The position numbers and the translations under genes are program-made. A DNA stretch of 64,000 nt from Gammaproteobacteria bacterium (GTDB taxonomy: Bacteria; Pseudomonadota; Gammaproteobacteria; Magnimaribacterales; AG-339-G14). Location of the stretch: assembly GCA_019652555.1 (NCBI GenBank), contig BPAJ01000002.1, forward strand, positions 79,014-143,013. The letters are read 5' to 3'. The notes under the pieces were generated by a model. That model was not told where the DNA came from and ran no database searches. It saw only the letters and a list, made by a program, of their open reading frames with translations. Below are positions 1 through 10,473 of this stretch, one piece after another (the first letter of the stretch is position 1; each line of letters starts with the position of its first letter).

Positions 1-71
1 GCGTTAAATTCTTCCTGAGACATTTCCTTTTGAAGAGCTTTTTTACATTTTTTCCAAGATTTGATCATCAT
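1..71 (-). CDS. dnaA: Chromosomal replication initiator DnaA, first 23 codons only (gene runs off the left edge)
   Basis: Reverse complement of 1..71 reads MMIKSWKKCKKALQKEMSQEEFN. This fits the DnaA N-terminal pattern W..C...L..E.....F (E. coli [22 protein letters not shown]). It is divergent from rpmH with DnaA boxes just upstream. Confidence 0.6.
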   Translation of the reverse strand, partial: MMIKSWKKCKKALQKEMSQEEFN

Positions 72-94
72 GACAGATAAAAAGATAATATACC

Positions 95-143
95 TTATAC
101 ACAAAGTTATCCACAGGATATGCTATTAATTTTCTGTGGATAA
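95..143. promoter_or_regulatory. Cluster of three consensus DnaA boxes (TTATNCACA) in the dnaA-rpmH intergenic region
   Basis: TTATACACA at 95-103, TTATCCACA at 107-115, and TGTGGATAA at 135-143 (TTATCCACA on the minus strand). All are perfect matches. A T-rich tract follows at 150-240. Confidence 0.75.
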
Positions 144-243
144 CCTGTTAGTTCTTAGTTTTTTTTATTTATTTCTATTTATTTTTTCTTGCTTTTATCT
201 TTTCAATCTATATTATTCTTTTGCTCAATCAAATCTTAAAAAA

Positions 244-378
244 ATGAAAAGAACGTATCAACCCAGCAAGATAAAAAGAAAAAGAACTCATGGTTTCAGG
301 GCGAGAAATTCTAGCGTTTCAGGAAAACAGGTTTTAAAAAGTAGAAGAAGTAAGGGAAGAAAGTCTCTCACAGTTTAA
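244..378 (+). CDS. rpmH: 50S ribosomal protein L34
   Basis: 44 aa [44 protein letters not shown], a canonical L34 sequence. The track ORF 136..378 starts too early; the real ATG is at 244. Confidence 0.97.
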   Translation: MKRTYQPSKIKRKRTHGFRARNSSVSGKQVLKSRRSKGRKSLTV

Positions 379-379
379 G

Positions 380-736
380 TTGTCTTATAAGCCTTTAGTG
401 GGAAAGGATGACTTCGATGAAGTCTTCAATAATTCCAGCCAAAATATAAGTTCAGAAAATTTTAGAGCTTTGATACTAATTACAAACGACAATTTTAAGC
501 TGGGCATGATTCTTCCTAAAAAAAATATTAAACTTGCGGTTCACAGAAATTATTTAAAGAGAATTATTAGGAATTTATCTATCGATATCTTTGCGGAATC
601 TAAAGTATCATTGATTGTGGTTTCAAAAAAAAGAATTTTAGATTTTAAAAAAGAAAAATTAAGGAGAGAAATAAAGACTCTGTTTTTGAATTTAACTAAG
701 AAATTGAATGAAAAAAATAATTATATATTTAATTAA
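380..736 (+). CDS. rnpA: Ribonuclease P protein component
   Basis: TTG start 1 nt after the rpmH stop. 118 aa basic protein with the RNase P protein motif [15 protein letters not shown]. Conserved rpmH-rnpA synteny. Confidence 0.9.
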   Translation: MSYKPLVGKDDFDEVFNNSSQNISSENFRALILITNDNFKLGMILPKKNIKLAVHRNYLKRIIRNLSIDIFAESKVSLIVVSKKRILDFKKEKLRREIKTLFLNLTKKLNEKNNYIFN

Positions 737-929
737 ATTTTATCAAATTACATTAAGCCCCTTGTTAGGTTCAAATTGCAGATTTCAGCCGACATGCAGT
801 CAATACATGATAGAGGCTATAAACCTTCATGGTGTTTTAAAAGGAGTAAGTCTAGGAATTAAAAGAATTTCTAAGTGTCATCCTTTGGGGTCCAAAGGAT
901 ATGATCCGGTTCCTGGAAAAGAAGAGTAA
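708..929 (+). CDS. yidD: Membrane protein insertion efficiency factor YidD
   Basis: 73 aa with the signature [23 protein letters not shown]...[18 protein letters not shown]. Overlaps the rnpA 3' end by 29 nt and lies upstream of yidC. Confidence 0.93.
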   Translation: MKKIIIYLIKFYQITLSPLLGSNCRFQPTCSQYMIEAINLHGVLKGVSLGIKRISKCHPLGSKGYDPVPGKEE

Positions 930-2570
930 TGGAAAATTTTCAAAGATATTTTCTAATAGCTTGTGTATTCATTATGAGCTATTTCCTAATTATTAGATGG
1001 GATCCACCATCTAATATACCAGTAAATCAAAGAGGTTAAAACCGAAGTAAGTACTTACTCACAAACAGAAGACTTTGGCTTTATTGATGAAAGCATAAAA
1101 AATGAGCCTGAAGAATTAATTACAAATTCCGTATCAGCAACCTGTGCCTCAGGCGGAGACTACGAAATAGATTCCAATAATTGGAAAATTTCTGTTGACT
1201 TAATAGACGGTTCCTTAAAAAAAGCTGAATTAAAAAGTTATCCAGACGAAATTGGCTCAAATAACAACAAACTTATGTTTGATGCTTGTGGTAGAAACGA
1301 ATATTCACAATTATCTGGATTCGTATTTGGAAATAATGTTAACCAAGATTTTTCTTCTTTCAAGATTGAAGACATAAAAAGGAGTTCAGATACAAATAGC
1401 TACACGTTTGTGAGAGAGTCTGCTTCTGTTAAAGAATCAAAGATTATATCTTTTCAACCTGAAAATTATTTTGTAGAAGTTAAGCACATCATTAGAAACT
1501 TATCTTCAGAAGTTATAAATTCTTCGTCTTATTCAAAAATAGAAAGAAACTCCCTTAAGCCTCCTGGGACTGAAGGCGCATTTTTTGGAGACCCTGCAAA
1601 CTTTGCTTACCTTGGTCCGGTTTTTTCTACTGAATCTGATAATTATCAAAAAGTTAATCTGGGAGAGCTAGAGGAAAACGATTTTAAAGAAAATTCTATA
1701 AAAGGCTGGACTGCTTTCTTAGAACACTATTTCTTAACTGCTATTATTCCTGACCAAGAAAACATAAATGTTTTCGTTGGGAAAAAAAACAAGACAAACG
1801 AGAAGTTTTCGGTTGGAGTCGTCGGAAGGCCAATAAAAATTCAGCCATTTGAAGAGACTTCTTTTAGTTATTCACTGTATTTTGGTCCAAAAGTTCAGTC
1901 AGAGTTATCCAAGGCAAACCAAGACCTTCCTTTGGCTGTAGATTATGGGTTTTTATACTGGATAGGGCAGCCAATGTTTCTGGCTATGCAATTCTTCTAT
2001 GATATGGTCGGAAATTGGGGATGGGCTATTGTTTTAGTTACTTTGCTAATTAAAGTAATTTTATGGCCTTTATCTTACGTTTCATACAAATCTATGGGCA
2101 AAATGAGGCAAATTCAGCCTCAACTCAAAGATCTTCAGGAAAGACATTCTGGAGACCGTCAGGCGATGTCACAAGCAATGATGAAGCTTTATAAGGATGA
2201 GAAAGTTAATCCTGCCCTTGGATGTCTGCCGATGTTGCTTCAAATGCCTTTTTTTCTTGCTTTTTATTGGGTTTTAATTGAAACCGTTGAGCTAAGATAT
2301 GCTCCTTTTATGATATGGATCACAGATTTATCATCAAGAGACCCTCTTTTTATATTGCCTATTCTCAATATTGGAGCCATGTGGGCTATGCAAATGCTTC
2401 AACCACAACCTGCTGGGATAGACCCAATGCAAGCAAAGATATTTAAGTTTATGCCGTTAATATTTGGTGTAATGTTTGCTTTCTTCCCTGCGGGCTTAGT
2501 TCTGTATTGGCTCATTAACTCTTTGGTGTCTGCAATACAAATGCTCATGCATTCTCCTAGAAGTGCTTAG
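929..2570 (+). CDS. yidC: Membrane protein insertase YidC, interrupted by an apparent 1-nt frameshift near 1026-1039
   Basis: ATG at 929 (TAATG overlap with yidD) gives [27 protein letters not shown], the YidC TM1, and stops at 1037-1039. The adjacent frame is open from 1026 through the track ORF 1275..2570. That frame encodes the periplasmic domain and the conserved core (VDYGFLYWIGQPMF, MRQIQPQLKDLQER, KVNPALGCLPMLLQMPFF). Confidence 0.9.
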
Positions 2571-3864
2571 TGAAAAAGATACTATAGTAGCTTGTTCATC
2601 TCCGCCTGGAAGAGGTGCTATTTCTGTAATAAGGCTTTCGGGCGATAAGGCCTTTTCTATTATTAAAAAAATAACAAAAAATAAGCTTAAAAAACAGATA
2701 TCTGTGGTTAAGTTTCCTTTAGATGCTGATTTAATTGAGAAGTGTGTACTTACTATCTTTAAGGCTCCTAATTCTTACACAGGGGAAGATATTGTAGAAA
2801 TTTCAACCCATGGGAATCCTTATATTGTGGAAGAAGTAATAAAGAAATGCTTGGACTCAGGGGCAAAAATAGCTAAGCCAGGCGAATTTACTTTAAGAGC
2901 TTTTTTAAATAATAAGCTTTCTCTAGATCAGTCTGAGGCTGTAATAGAAATTATAAATGCCAATTCAAAAGCTTCTTTGAAAGCCGCGCAAAACAGCCTT
3001 GAAGGCGGGCTAAAAGTAAAAATATCAGCTATTCAAGATAAATTGAGAGAGACACGGGTTCTAGTTGAAACTTTAATTGACTTTACGGATGAAGATGTAA
3101 ATGTTTATATCGAAGAGGTTAAAAGCAAAATTAATGAATTTAAGCTGTTTTTCGCTTCATTTAATGAGGATATGAAGGCATATAGTTCAATTTCTAACGA
3201 TGTAAAAGTTGTTGTTATTGGCCCTCCAAATTCAGGGAAATCCACCCTAATTAACGCTATAATCGGCAAAAAAGTATCTATTGTTAACGAAAAACAAGGA
3301 ACTACCAGAGATGTGGTTACTTCTTCTTGCTTAATTGATGGAATCAGGTTTGTTTTCAGCGATACTGCTGGAATTAGAAAAACTTTAAACAAAATCGAAA
3401 AAGAAGGCATCGAATTATCCAAAAAAGCACTTAAAAGCGCTGACATTGTTATTTACTTAGCTGATAAGGAAAATGATTTTGATAAATTGCCAATTGCAAA
3501 GAATAAAAAAAATATTTTTGTTTTGAACAAGATTGATCTTACTAATAAGAAGGCTCCTGTTGGAGGGTTTGCGATTTCCGCAAAAACGAAAAAAAACCTT
3601 AAGTCGCTTAAAAAGGCCCTTGCTCATAATTTTTTGAAACTTAACCAAGAAGAGCTCTTGTCAGTAAATATTAGACATTTAGATTTAATAAAAAAAGCAT
3701 ACAAGAATATAGCTTTAATTTCCCCTGGCTTGGTTAGTTCTAATTTAGAACTGGTGGCTGAAAATTTAAGAAACTGCGATGAGCTTTTGGGAGAGATATA
3801 TGATCCTATCTCTTCTGACGATATGCTAGGAAAGATATTTAATAAATTTTGCATTGGTAAATAA
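2563..3864 (+). CDS. mnmE: tRNA modification GTPase MnmE (TrmE)
   Basis: GTG start overlapping the yidC stop. 433 aa with CSSPPGRGAISVIRLSG, the G motifs GPPNSGKST / DTAGIR / NKID, and the C-terminal CIGK typical of MnmE. Confidence 0.95.
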   Translation: MLSEKDTIVACSSPPGRGAISVIRLSGDKAFSIIKKITKNKLKKQISVVKFPLDADLIEKCVLTIFKAPNSYTGEDIVEISTHGNPYIVEEVIKKCLDSGAKIAKPGEFTLRAFLNNKLSLDQSEAVIEIINANSKASLKAAQNSLEGGLKVKISAIQDKLRETRVLVETLIDFTDEDVNVYIEEVKSKINEFKLFFASFNEDMKAYSSISNDVKVVVIGPPNSGKSTLINAIIGKKVSIVNEKQGTTRDVVTSSCLIDGIRFVFSDTAGIRKTLNKIEKEGIELSKKALKSADIVIYLADKENDFDKLPIAKNKKNIFVLNKIDLTNKKAPVGGFAISAKTKKNLKSLKKALAHNFLKLNQEELLSVNIRHLDLIKKAYKNIALISPGLVSSNLELVAENLRNCDELLGEIYDPISSDDMLGKIFNKFCIGK

Positions 3865-4114
3865 TGCTGTTGATAAGAATGTATAAATTGTTAAAAGTTT
3901 TGAAGCTAATTTTAAAGTTTGTCTTTACTCACAAGTAATACAGTTTTGTTCTCAAAATATATACAGACTATTTAAGAAGATATCATTAGCTCCAATGCTT
4001 TCAACTCCTAACATAGGTAGGTTATCAACAGAATATGCGCTGCCCTATAACAATAACAATATAAACTAATTAATATAAATAATTTATATAATATTTATTT
4101 ATGAGTGTGGATAT
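3865..4114. promoter_or_regulatory. mnmE-mnmG intergenic region with four DnaA-box-like 9-mers plus a pure A/T tract (second oriC candidate or mnmG promoter)
   Basis: TGTTGATAA at 3868-3876, TTACTCACA at 3925-3933, TTATCAACA at 4022-4030, and TGTGGATAT at 4106-4114. Each is 1 mismatch from TTATCCACA or its complement. 4046-4100 is almost pure A/T. No GATC seen. Confidence 0.4.
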
Positions 4115-5959
4115 CATTGTAATCGGAGGAGGTCATGCCGGATGTGAAGCTGCCTATGCCGCCTCTAGATTTAAAAAGAAAGTTTTGCTTGTTACTCACG
4201 ATGTTTCAACAATAGGACAGATGTCTTGTAATCCTGCCATTGGGGGCTTAGGCAAAAGCCATCTTGTTCGAGAAATAGATGCTATGGGTGGGCTGATGGG
4301 AGTTTGTGCTGACAAAGCAGGTATTCACTTCAAGGTCTTGAATGCCTCTAAAGGACCAGCTGTTAGGGCCACCAGATCTCAGTCAGATAGGATTTTGTAT
4401 AGTAAGGCAGTCAAGTCTTTAATTGATAGTAAGGACTTACTAACATCTGTATCTGATGAGGTGGTTGATATAGAAGTAAAAAATGGTAAGGCCACTGGGG
4501 TAAAGCTAAAAAACGGAGAAATAATAAGCGCAAAAAAAATTATTTTAACCGCAGGAACTTTTTTAAATGGAAAGTTGTTTACTGGAGAAGAGGAAGAAGA
4601 AGGAGGAAGAAAAAGGTCAAAATCATCAAAGATACTTGCAAACTGTTTGAGGTCTTTAGACTTAGGGGATGCAAGATTAAAAACAGGAACCCCTCCTAGG
4701 ATACTCACATCGTCAATAGACTTTTCAGTATTAGAAGTTCAACCTGGAGATTCGCCAAGACCATGTATGTCTTTCATTGGCTCGCCTGATATGCACCCTA
4801 AACAAATGAATTGTTTTATCACAAGAACGAACAAAAAAACTCATGATTTTATAAGATCTGGACTCGATAGGTCTCCGATGTTTTCAGGAAGAATTGACGG
4901 GGTTGGACCACGATATTGCCCTTCAATAGAAGACAAGATTCATAGATTTGCTGACAAAGAATCTCATCAAATATTTATAGAGCCCGAAGGACTTACATCT
5001 GAGGAAGTTTATCCAAATGGCATATCAACAAGCATGCCGAAAGATATTCAAGAAAAAATGGTTAAAAGTATCTTAGGATTTGAAAAGGCTAAGATCAGTC
5101 AATTTGGATACGCGGTTGAATATGATTTTTTCGATCCGAGAAACCTTTCTCAAACTTTGGAGACAAAGAGAATAGAAAACCTTTACTTTGCTGGGCAAAT
5201 AAACGGCACTACAGGTTATGAAGAGGCAGCAGCGCAAGGGTTGGTGGCAGGAATAAACGCTGCGCTGAGTTTAGACGACAAAGATCCCTGGATAGAGTCA
5301 AGAGGTAATAGTTACATAGGAGTTTTGATAGACGATTTAATAACTCTGGGCACGAAAGAGCCTTACAGGATGTTTACAAGCAGAGCAGAGCACAGGTTGC
5401 TTCTCAGAGAAGATAACGCAGACCAAACTCCTGAATGACCCCTTATGCACATTCCTTGGGAATTATAAGCAACGATAGGTGGGAAACTTTTCAAAAGAAA
5501 ATGGCGAAAATAGACGCCGAAACAAAAGCGCTTGAAAAAATAAAAATTGACCCTTCTTCATTTGGAGGAAAAAACAAATCAAAACAACCTGTTCTTTCCG
5601 TTTTGAAAAGGCCAGAAGCAAAGCTGGTGGATATTTACAACTTAATAAAAAGACCGCTTCCAGAAAAAGGCGTGCTTTTAGATATAGAGACAACAAAAAA
5701 ATATGCTGGTTATATTGAAAGACAAAACAAAGAAATAAAAAAAATAAAGAAATACGAAAACGCAAAAATTCCAAGAGAAATTATTTTTTCTGAAATAACA
5801 GGACTGTCTAATGAGGTAAAGCAAAAGCTGGAAAAGGTTTTGCCTAAAACCATAGCTCACGCTCAGAGAATCCCGGGGATTACGCCTGCTGCCATATCTC
5901 TTTTATTAGTTCACATCAAAAAAGAACAAAGCCTGCTCAAAGAAAAAATTGGATCTTAA
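4101..5959 (+). CDS. mnmG: tRNA uridine 5-carboxymethylaminomethyl modification enzyme MnmG (GidA), interrupted by a frameshift near 5427-5437
   Basis: N-terminal FAD motif [16 protein letters not shown] 4101..5438 ends ...[17 protein letters not shown] 5435..5959 in another frame continues [18 protein letters not shown]... and [16 protein letters not shown], the MnmG C-terminal domain. Confidence 0.92.
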
Positions 5960-6545
5960 AGAACTGATTGCGGCTTCAAGCCTGAATCTAACTGACATTC
6001 AAGTCAGCCAGGCTGATAAGTATTTAAATCAAATCTTGAAATGGAACAAAACGCGAAACTTAGTATCCAGAAATTTGAGAAAGAATGATTTAGCAGAGCA
6101 TTTTCTGGACTGTGCCGTTTTGCAAAAACATCTTATGCCTGGATCGGTAATTGATCTAGGAACGGGATCAGGTTTTCCAGGAATTTGCCTGGGGATTATA
6201 GATCCTAATAGAGAGCTAACCTTGGTGGATTCAAACAGAAAAAAAACTTCCTTTTTAATACACATAAAAAACGAGCTCGGGTTGAATTCAGTCTCAATAA
6301 AGAATTTAAGGGTGGAGGAAATTGAACAAATAAATGAAACAAATATTGTTTGCAGGGCATTCAAAGAACCAGATGCCTTGTTAAAAAGTTTGGAAAACAA
6401 AATCACGAAAAAAAACAAAATAATTTTAATGGTTTCTGAGAAGGAACCCCTTTCTGCTCAAGGTTTTGATATCGCCTACAAAGAGTCAGAGGCATCTAAA
6501 ATTCTTGGAAAAAAAAGAGGTTTCTTGGAAATTCAAATGTCCTAA
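5949..6545 (+). CDS. rsmG: 16S rRNA (guanine527-N7)-methyltransferase RsmG (GidB)
   Basis: TTG start overlapping the mnmG end. 198 aa with WNKTRNLVS and the SAM motif DLGTGSGFPGI. Conserved mnmG-rsmG synteny. Confidence 0.9.
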   Translation: MDLKELIAASSLNLTDIQVSQADKYLNQILKWNKTRNLVSRNLRKNDLAEHFLDCAVLQKHLMPGSVIDLGTGSGFPGICLGIIDPNRELTLVDSNRKKTSFLIHIKNELGLNSVSIKNLRVEEIEQINETNIVCRAFKEPDALLKSLENKITKKNKIILMVSEKEPLSAQGFDIAYKESEASKILGKKRGFLEIQMS

Positions 6546-6563
6546 AACTGCTATAGTAAGCTT

Positions 6564-7340
6564 GTGAAAATTCTTGTTGTAGCAAACCAAAAGGGGGGCG
6601 TAGGAAAAACCACTACAACTTTAAATCTGGCTGCAAGCTTGGCGGCCGCGGGAAGAAAAATTCTTTTGTTGGATATTGACTCACAGGCCAACCTAACCAC
6701 TGGGCTCGGTGGAAAGAAGACATATGAAGAAACTACCATCACAGACGTGCTGCTTGACGATGCTTCATTAGAGAGCTTAATTCAAAGAAAGCCTGATTTT
6801 AATTTTGACGTAATTCCAGGCAGCCCAGATCTGATATCCGCAGAGTTAGAAATGGCAAGGGTTCCCGATCCAACTTCAATTTTGAAAGGAAAGCTAAACC
6901 TATTGGCGCACAAATATGATTATTGCTTGATAGACAGCCCGCCTTCATTAGGCATGCTGTCTGTTAGTGCTTTGAGAGCAGCGGACAAAATAATCATACC
7001 GTTGCAATGTGAGCACTTTTCAATTGAAGGTTTGGCTGCAATGCAGAGGACAATAATTGAGATAAACGAAGCCACGGGTAGCAACCTAAAGATTGATGGA
7101 ATTTTAAGAACTATGTTTGATCAAGAAAAACAAAGAGCTAGAGAAATATCTGAAAAGCTCGAAAAGTCTCTATCTCAGCAGGTATTTAGTACCATAATCC
7201 CTAGATGCGACCTGCTTGCCGAGGCCCCTTCTGAAGGAAAACCAATTATGTACATTGACCCAGACGCCAAAGGAACATTGGCATATTTTGCGCTTGCTGG
7301 TGAGATAATAATGAAGTTTGAGGATAAAAATGTCGCCTGA
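6564..7340 (+). CDS. parA: Chromosome partitioning ATPase ParA (Soj)
   Basis: GTG start. 258 aa with the deviant Walker A motif NQKGGVGKTTTTLNLA and LLLDIDSQAN. Confidence 0.95.
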   Translation: MKILVVANQKGGVGKTTTTLNLAASLAAAGRKILLLDIDSQANLTTGLGGKKTYEETTITDVLLDDASLESLIQRKPDFNFDVIPGSPDLISAELEMARVPDPTSILKGKLNLLAHKYDYCLIDSPPSLGMLSVSALRAADKIIIPLQCEHFSIEGLAAMQRTIIEINEATGSNLKIDGILRTMFDQEKQRAREISEKLEKSLSQQVFSTIIPRCDLLAEAPSEGKPIMYIDPDAKGTLAYFALAGEIIMKFEDKNVA

Positions 7341-8250
7341 AAAAAAGAAAAGAGGGCTTTCAGCTTTTTTGTCGCCTGAGCAAGAAAAGAAAAAAAACAG
7401 AGGTATGGGCGCCTTTGTCGGCTCTGAAGAAACCTTGCCAGCCAAAAAAGCAGAGGCAACCAATAAGCCCAGCCTTGGCATTACTCAAGCTGAAATTAGC
7501 AGCATTAAACCAAGCAGGTTCCAAGCAAGAAAAAACATCCCGCCAGAAAGCATCAAAGAGCTCTCCGACTCAATTAAAACCCAAGGCGTAATTCAGCCTT
7601 TAATAGTCAGAAAGCTTGCTAAGGGTTATGAGTTGGTAGCAGGAGAAAGAAGGCTTAGAGCATCAAAACTGGCTGGTTTGAATTCTGTTCCTGTTCTAAT
7701 TAGAGAAGACTCTGAGGAATCGGCCTTGACTGTAGGCCTCATTGAGAACTTGCAAAGGGAGGATTTGAACCCGCTTGAAGAGGCAGAAGGAATCTTAAGG
7801 CTACAAAAGGAATTTGGACTTACTCAACAATCCATGGGAGAGGCATTAGGAAAATCAAGATCGGCTATTGCAAACTCTTTGAGGCTTTTACAGCTATCAA
7901 AACCAATTCAAAAAATGCTTTTTGATGGCCAGTTAACCATGGGACATGCCAGAGCCTTGTTGCCGCTGCCCCCAGCTTATCAAGAGCAAATAGGAAATAA
8001 AATAATCTCTTCGGGTCTTTCAGTAAGGCAAGCCGAAAAATTAGCAAGCTCATACTTAAACAAAAAAACCGGTAGAGCACGAAGCTCTTCGAAAGACCCA
8101 AACATTGTGGCGCTAGAGAACTCTCTTAGTGACGCGCTTAATTCACAAGTAATAATTTCTCACAAAAAGAATGGTAGCGGAAAAATTTCTTTCTCTTATA
8201 AAGACCTCGACCAGCTCGAACAAATCATCAAGCCCTTTAAAAAAGAATAA
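7330..8250 (+). CDS. parB: Chromosome partitioning protein ParB (Spo0J)
   Basis: ATG at 7330 preceded by GAGGA (the track start 7318 is a TTG). ParB box GERRLRASKLAG and an HTH region QQSMGEALGKSRSAIANSLRLL. Overlaps the parA stop. Confidence 0.92.
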   Translation: MSPEKKKRGLSAFLSPEQEKKKNRGMGAFVGSEETLPAKKAEATNKPSLGITQAEISSIKPSRFQARKNIPPESIKELSDSIKTQGVIQPLIVRKLAKGYELVAGERRLRASKLAGLNSVPVLIREDSEESALTVGLIENLQREDLNPLEEAEGILRLQKEFGLTQQSMGEALGKSRSAIANSLRLLQLSKPIQKMLFDGQLTMGHARALLPLPPAYQEQIGNKIISSGLSVRQAEKLASSYLNKKTGRARSSSKDPNIVALENSLSDALNSQVIISHKKNGSGKISFSYKDLDQLEQIIKPFKKE

Positions 8251-8274
8251 TGGCAAATAAATTGCATCTAAGCC

Positions 8275-9203
<929 letters not shown>

Positions 9204-9224
9204 CTAAAAAATTAGGAGACTAAT

Positions 9225-9452
9225 ATGGAAGTAGAAGTAGGTAGATTAATAGCAGGAGCACTGCTTACCGGTCTTGGCGCTTTAGGTGCCGGGATAGGTA
9301 TCGGAAGTCTAACTTCAAAATATATTGAAGCTGTGGCCAGACAGCCCGAGCTTCAAGGACAATTGTTCGCGCAGGTTTTGATTGCTCTTGGGCTTACAGA
9401 TGCATTGCCAATTATTTCTTTGGCTGTAGGGCTACTATTCTTGTTCACTTAA
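9225..9452 (+). CDS. atpE: F0F1 ATP synthase subunit c
   Basis: 75 aa hairpin proteolipid with ARQPE in the loop and a carboxylate in GLTDALPI. AGGAG SD upstream. Confidence 0.95.
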   Translation: MEVEVGRLIAGALLTGLGALGAGIGIGSLTSKYIEAVARQPELQGQLFAQVLIALGLTDALPIISLAVGLLFLFT

Positions 9453-9456
9453 AAAC

Positions 9457-9927
9457 ATGAATATAAACGCTACTTTTTTTGCAGAGCTTTTAGCTTTTTG
9501 TATCTTTGTGTTCATTACTTATAGATACATTTGGCCTAGTATGGAAAACCTTCTCGAGGACAGAAGAAAAGAAATTTCTGATGGTCTCGAGGCCGCCAGT
9601 CAATCTCAAAGAAAACTTGAAGAAGCAAATAAGGAGTCAGCAACGATATTAGATGAAGCGAAGGCGGAAGCCTCTTCCCTGATAAATCAAGCAAACTCCA
9701 GAGCAGATCAAATTGTCGATGAGGCGAAAGAACAAGCCGTGGAAGAAGCAAAGAAAATCAAACTCTCAGCAGAAGCAGATATCGAGCAAAGCGCTAACAA
9801 GGCTAAAGATGGCTTAAGGGATGAAGTCGCTGCGCTTGTTATTGCCGGTGCCCAGAAGATTTTAGACAAAGAGATAAACGCCAAGGCAAATAAAGACATC
9901 ATCGATTCGTTGATTAAAAAGATTTAA
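9457..9927 (+). CDS. atpF: F0F1 ATP synthase subunit b
   Basis: 156 aa with one N-terminal TM helix followed by a long charged Ala/Glu/Lys helix. Operon position. Confidence 0.92.
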   Translation: MNINATFFAELLAFCIFVFITYRYIWPSMENLLEDRRKEISDGLEAASQSQRKLEEANKESATILDEAKAEASSLINQANSRADQIVDEAKEQAVEEAKKIKLSAEADIEQSANKAKDGLRDEVAALVIAGAQKILDKEINAKANKDIIDSLIKKI

Positions 9928-10463
9928 TGTCAGAAATAAGAACACAATCTAGACCTTATGCTGAAGCAGCTTTTGAAGTTGCTCTAGCAGATGACGCTTT
10001 AGATGCGTGGACAGCAGATTTTTCGTTGATAGAACTTGCTCTTGAAGATCAAAAAATATCTCAACTCGTAGAGACGCCAAGTATCTCACAAAGTGAAAAA
10101 ACAAATATTTTCTGTGATTTGTTCAAAGATGAGGTTCAAGAAAAATTTGTAAATTTTCTTTCCGTTGCGGGAAGCGCAAATAGATTGAGGCTTTTGACTG
10201 ACATCAGCAAAAACTTCAAGGAACTCGTTGCCAAGGAAAAAAATTTAAAGAACATTACCGTTGCTTCTTCTTACAGAATTGACAAAGAACAACTAAAGCA
10301 AATTGAAGCAGCTTTAAAGAAAAGAATGAAAGCCGAAGTAAGCATTGTTACAGAAATAGACAAAAGTCTTATTGGCGGCCTAAAAATTTCTTATGACGAT
10401 CAAGTAATTGATTTGTCGATAAAAAACAAACTAGAAAAGTTGAAAACTCAACTTAGAACATAA
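9927..10463 (+). CDS. atpH: F0F1 ATP synthase subunit delta
   Basis: 178 aa. TAATG overlap with atp[13 protein letters not shown]-terminus and a C-terminal LIGGLKI motif typical of delta/OSCP. Confidence 0.92.
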   Translation: MSEIRTQSRPYAEAAFEVALADDALDAWTADFSLIELALEDQKISQLVETPSISQSEKTNIFCDLFKDEVQEKFVNFLSVAGSANRLRLLTDISKNFKELVAKEKNLKNITVASSYRIDKEQLKQIEAALKKRMKAEVSIVTEIDKSLIGGLKISYDDQVIDLSIKNKLEKLKTQLRT

Positions 10464-10473
10464 GAGGTTACAA

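Noticed and set aside
3105-3854. Minus-strand ORFs 3105..3446, 3457..3648 and 3624..3854 inside mnmE. The same applies to 4379..4708, 5463..5860, 6029..6418, 13765..14335, 19771..20190, 22318..22644, 38537..39229 and 57976..58590, each opposite a well-supported gene.
   Set aside because: They lie entirely antisense to genes with strong family signatures. Their low-complexity, Ser/Leu/Phe-rich translations are typical of shadow ORFs in AT-rich DNA. They have no SD and no recognisable motif.
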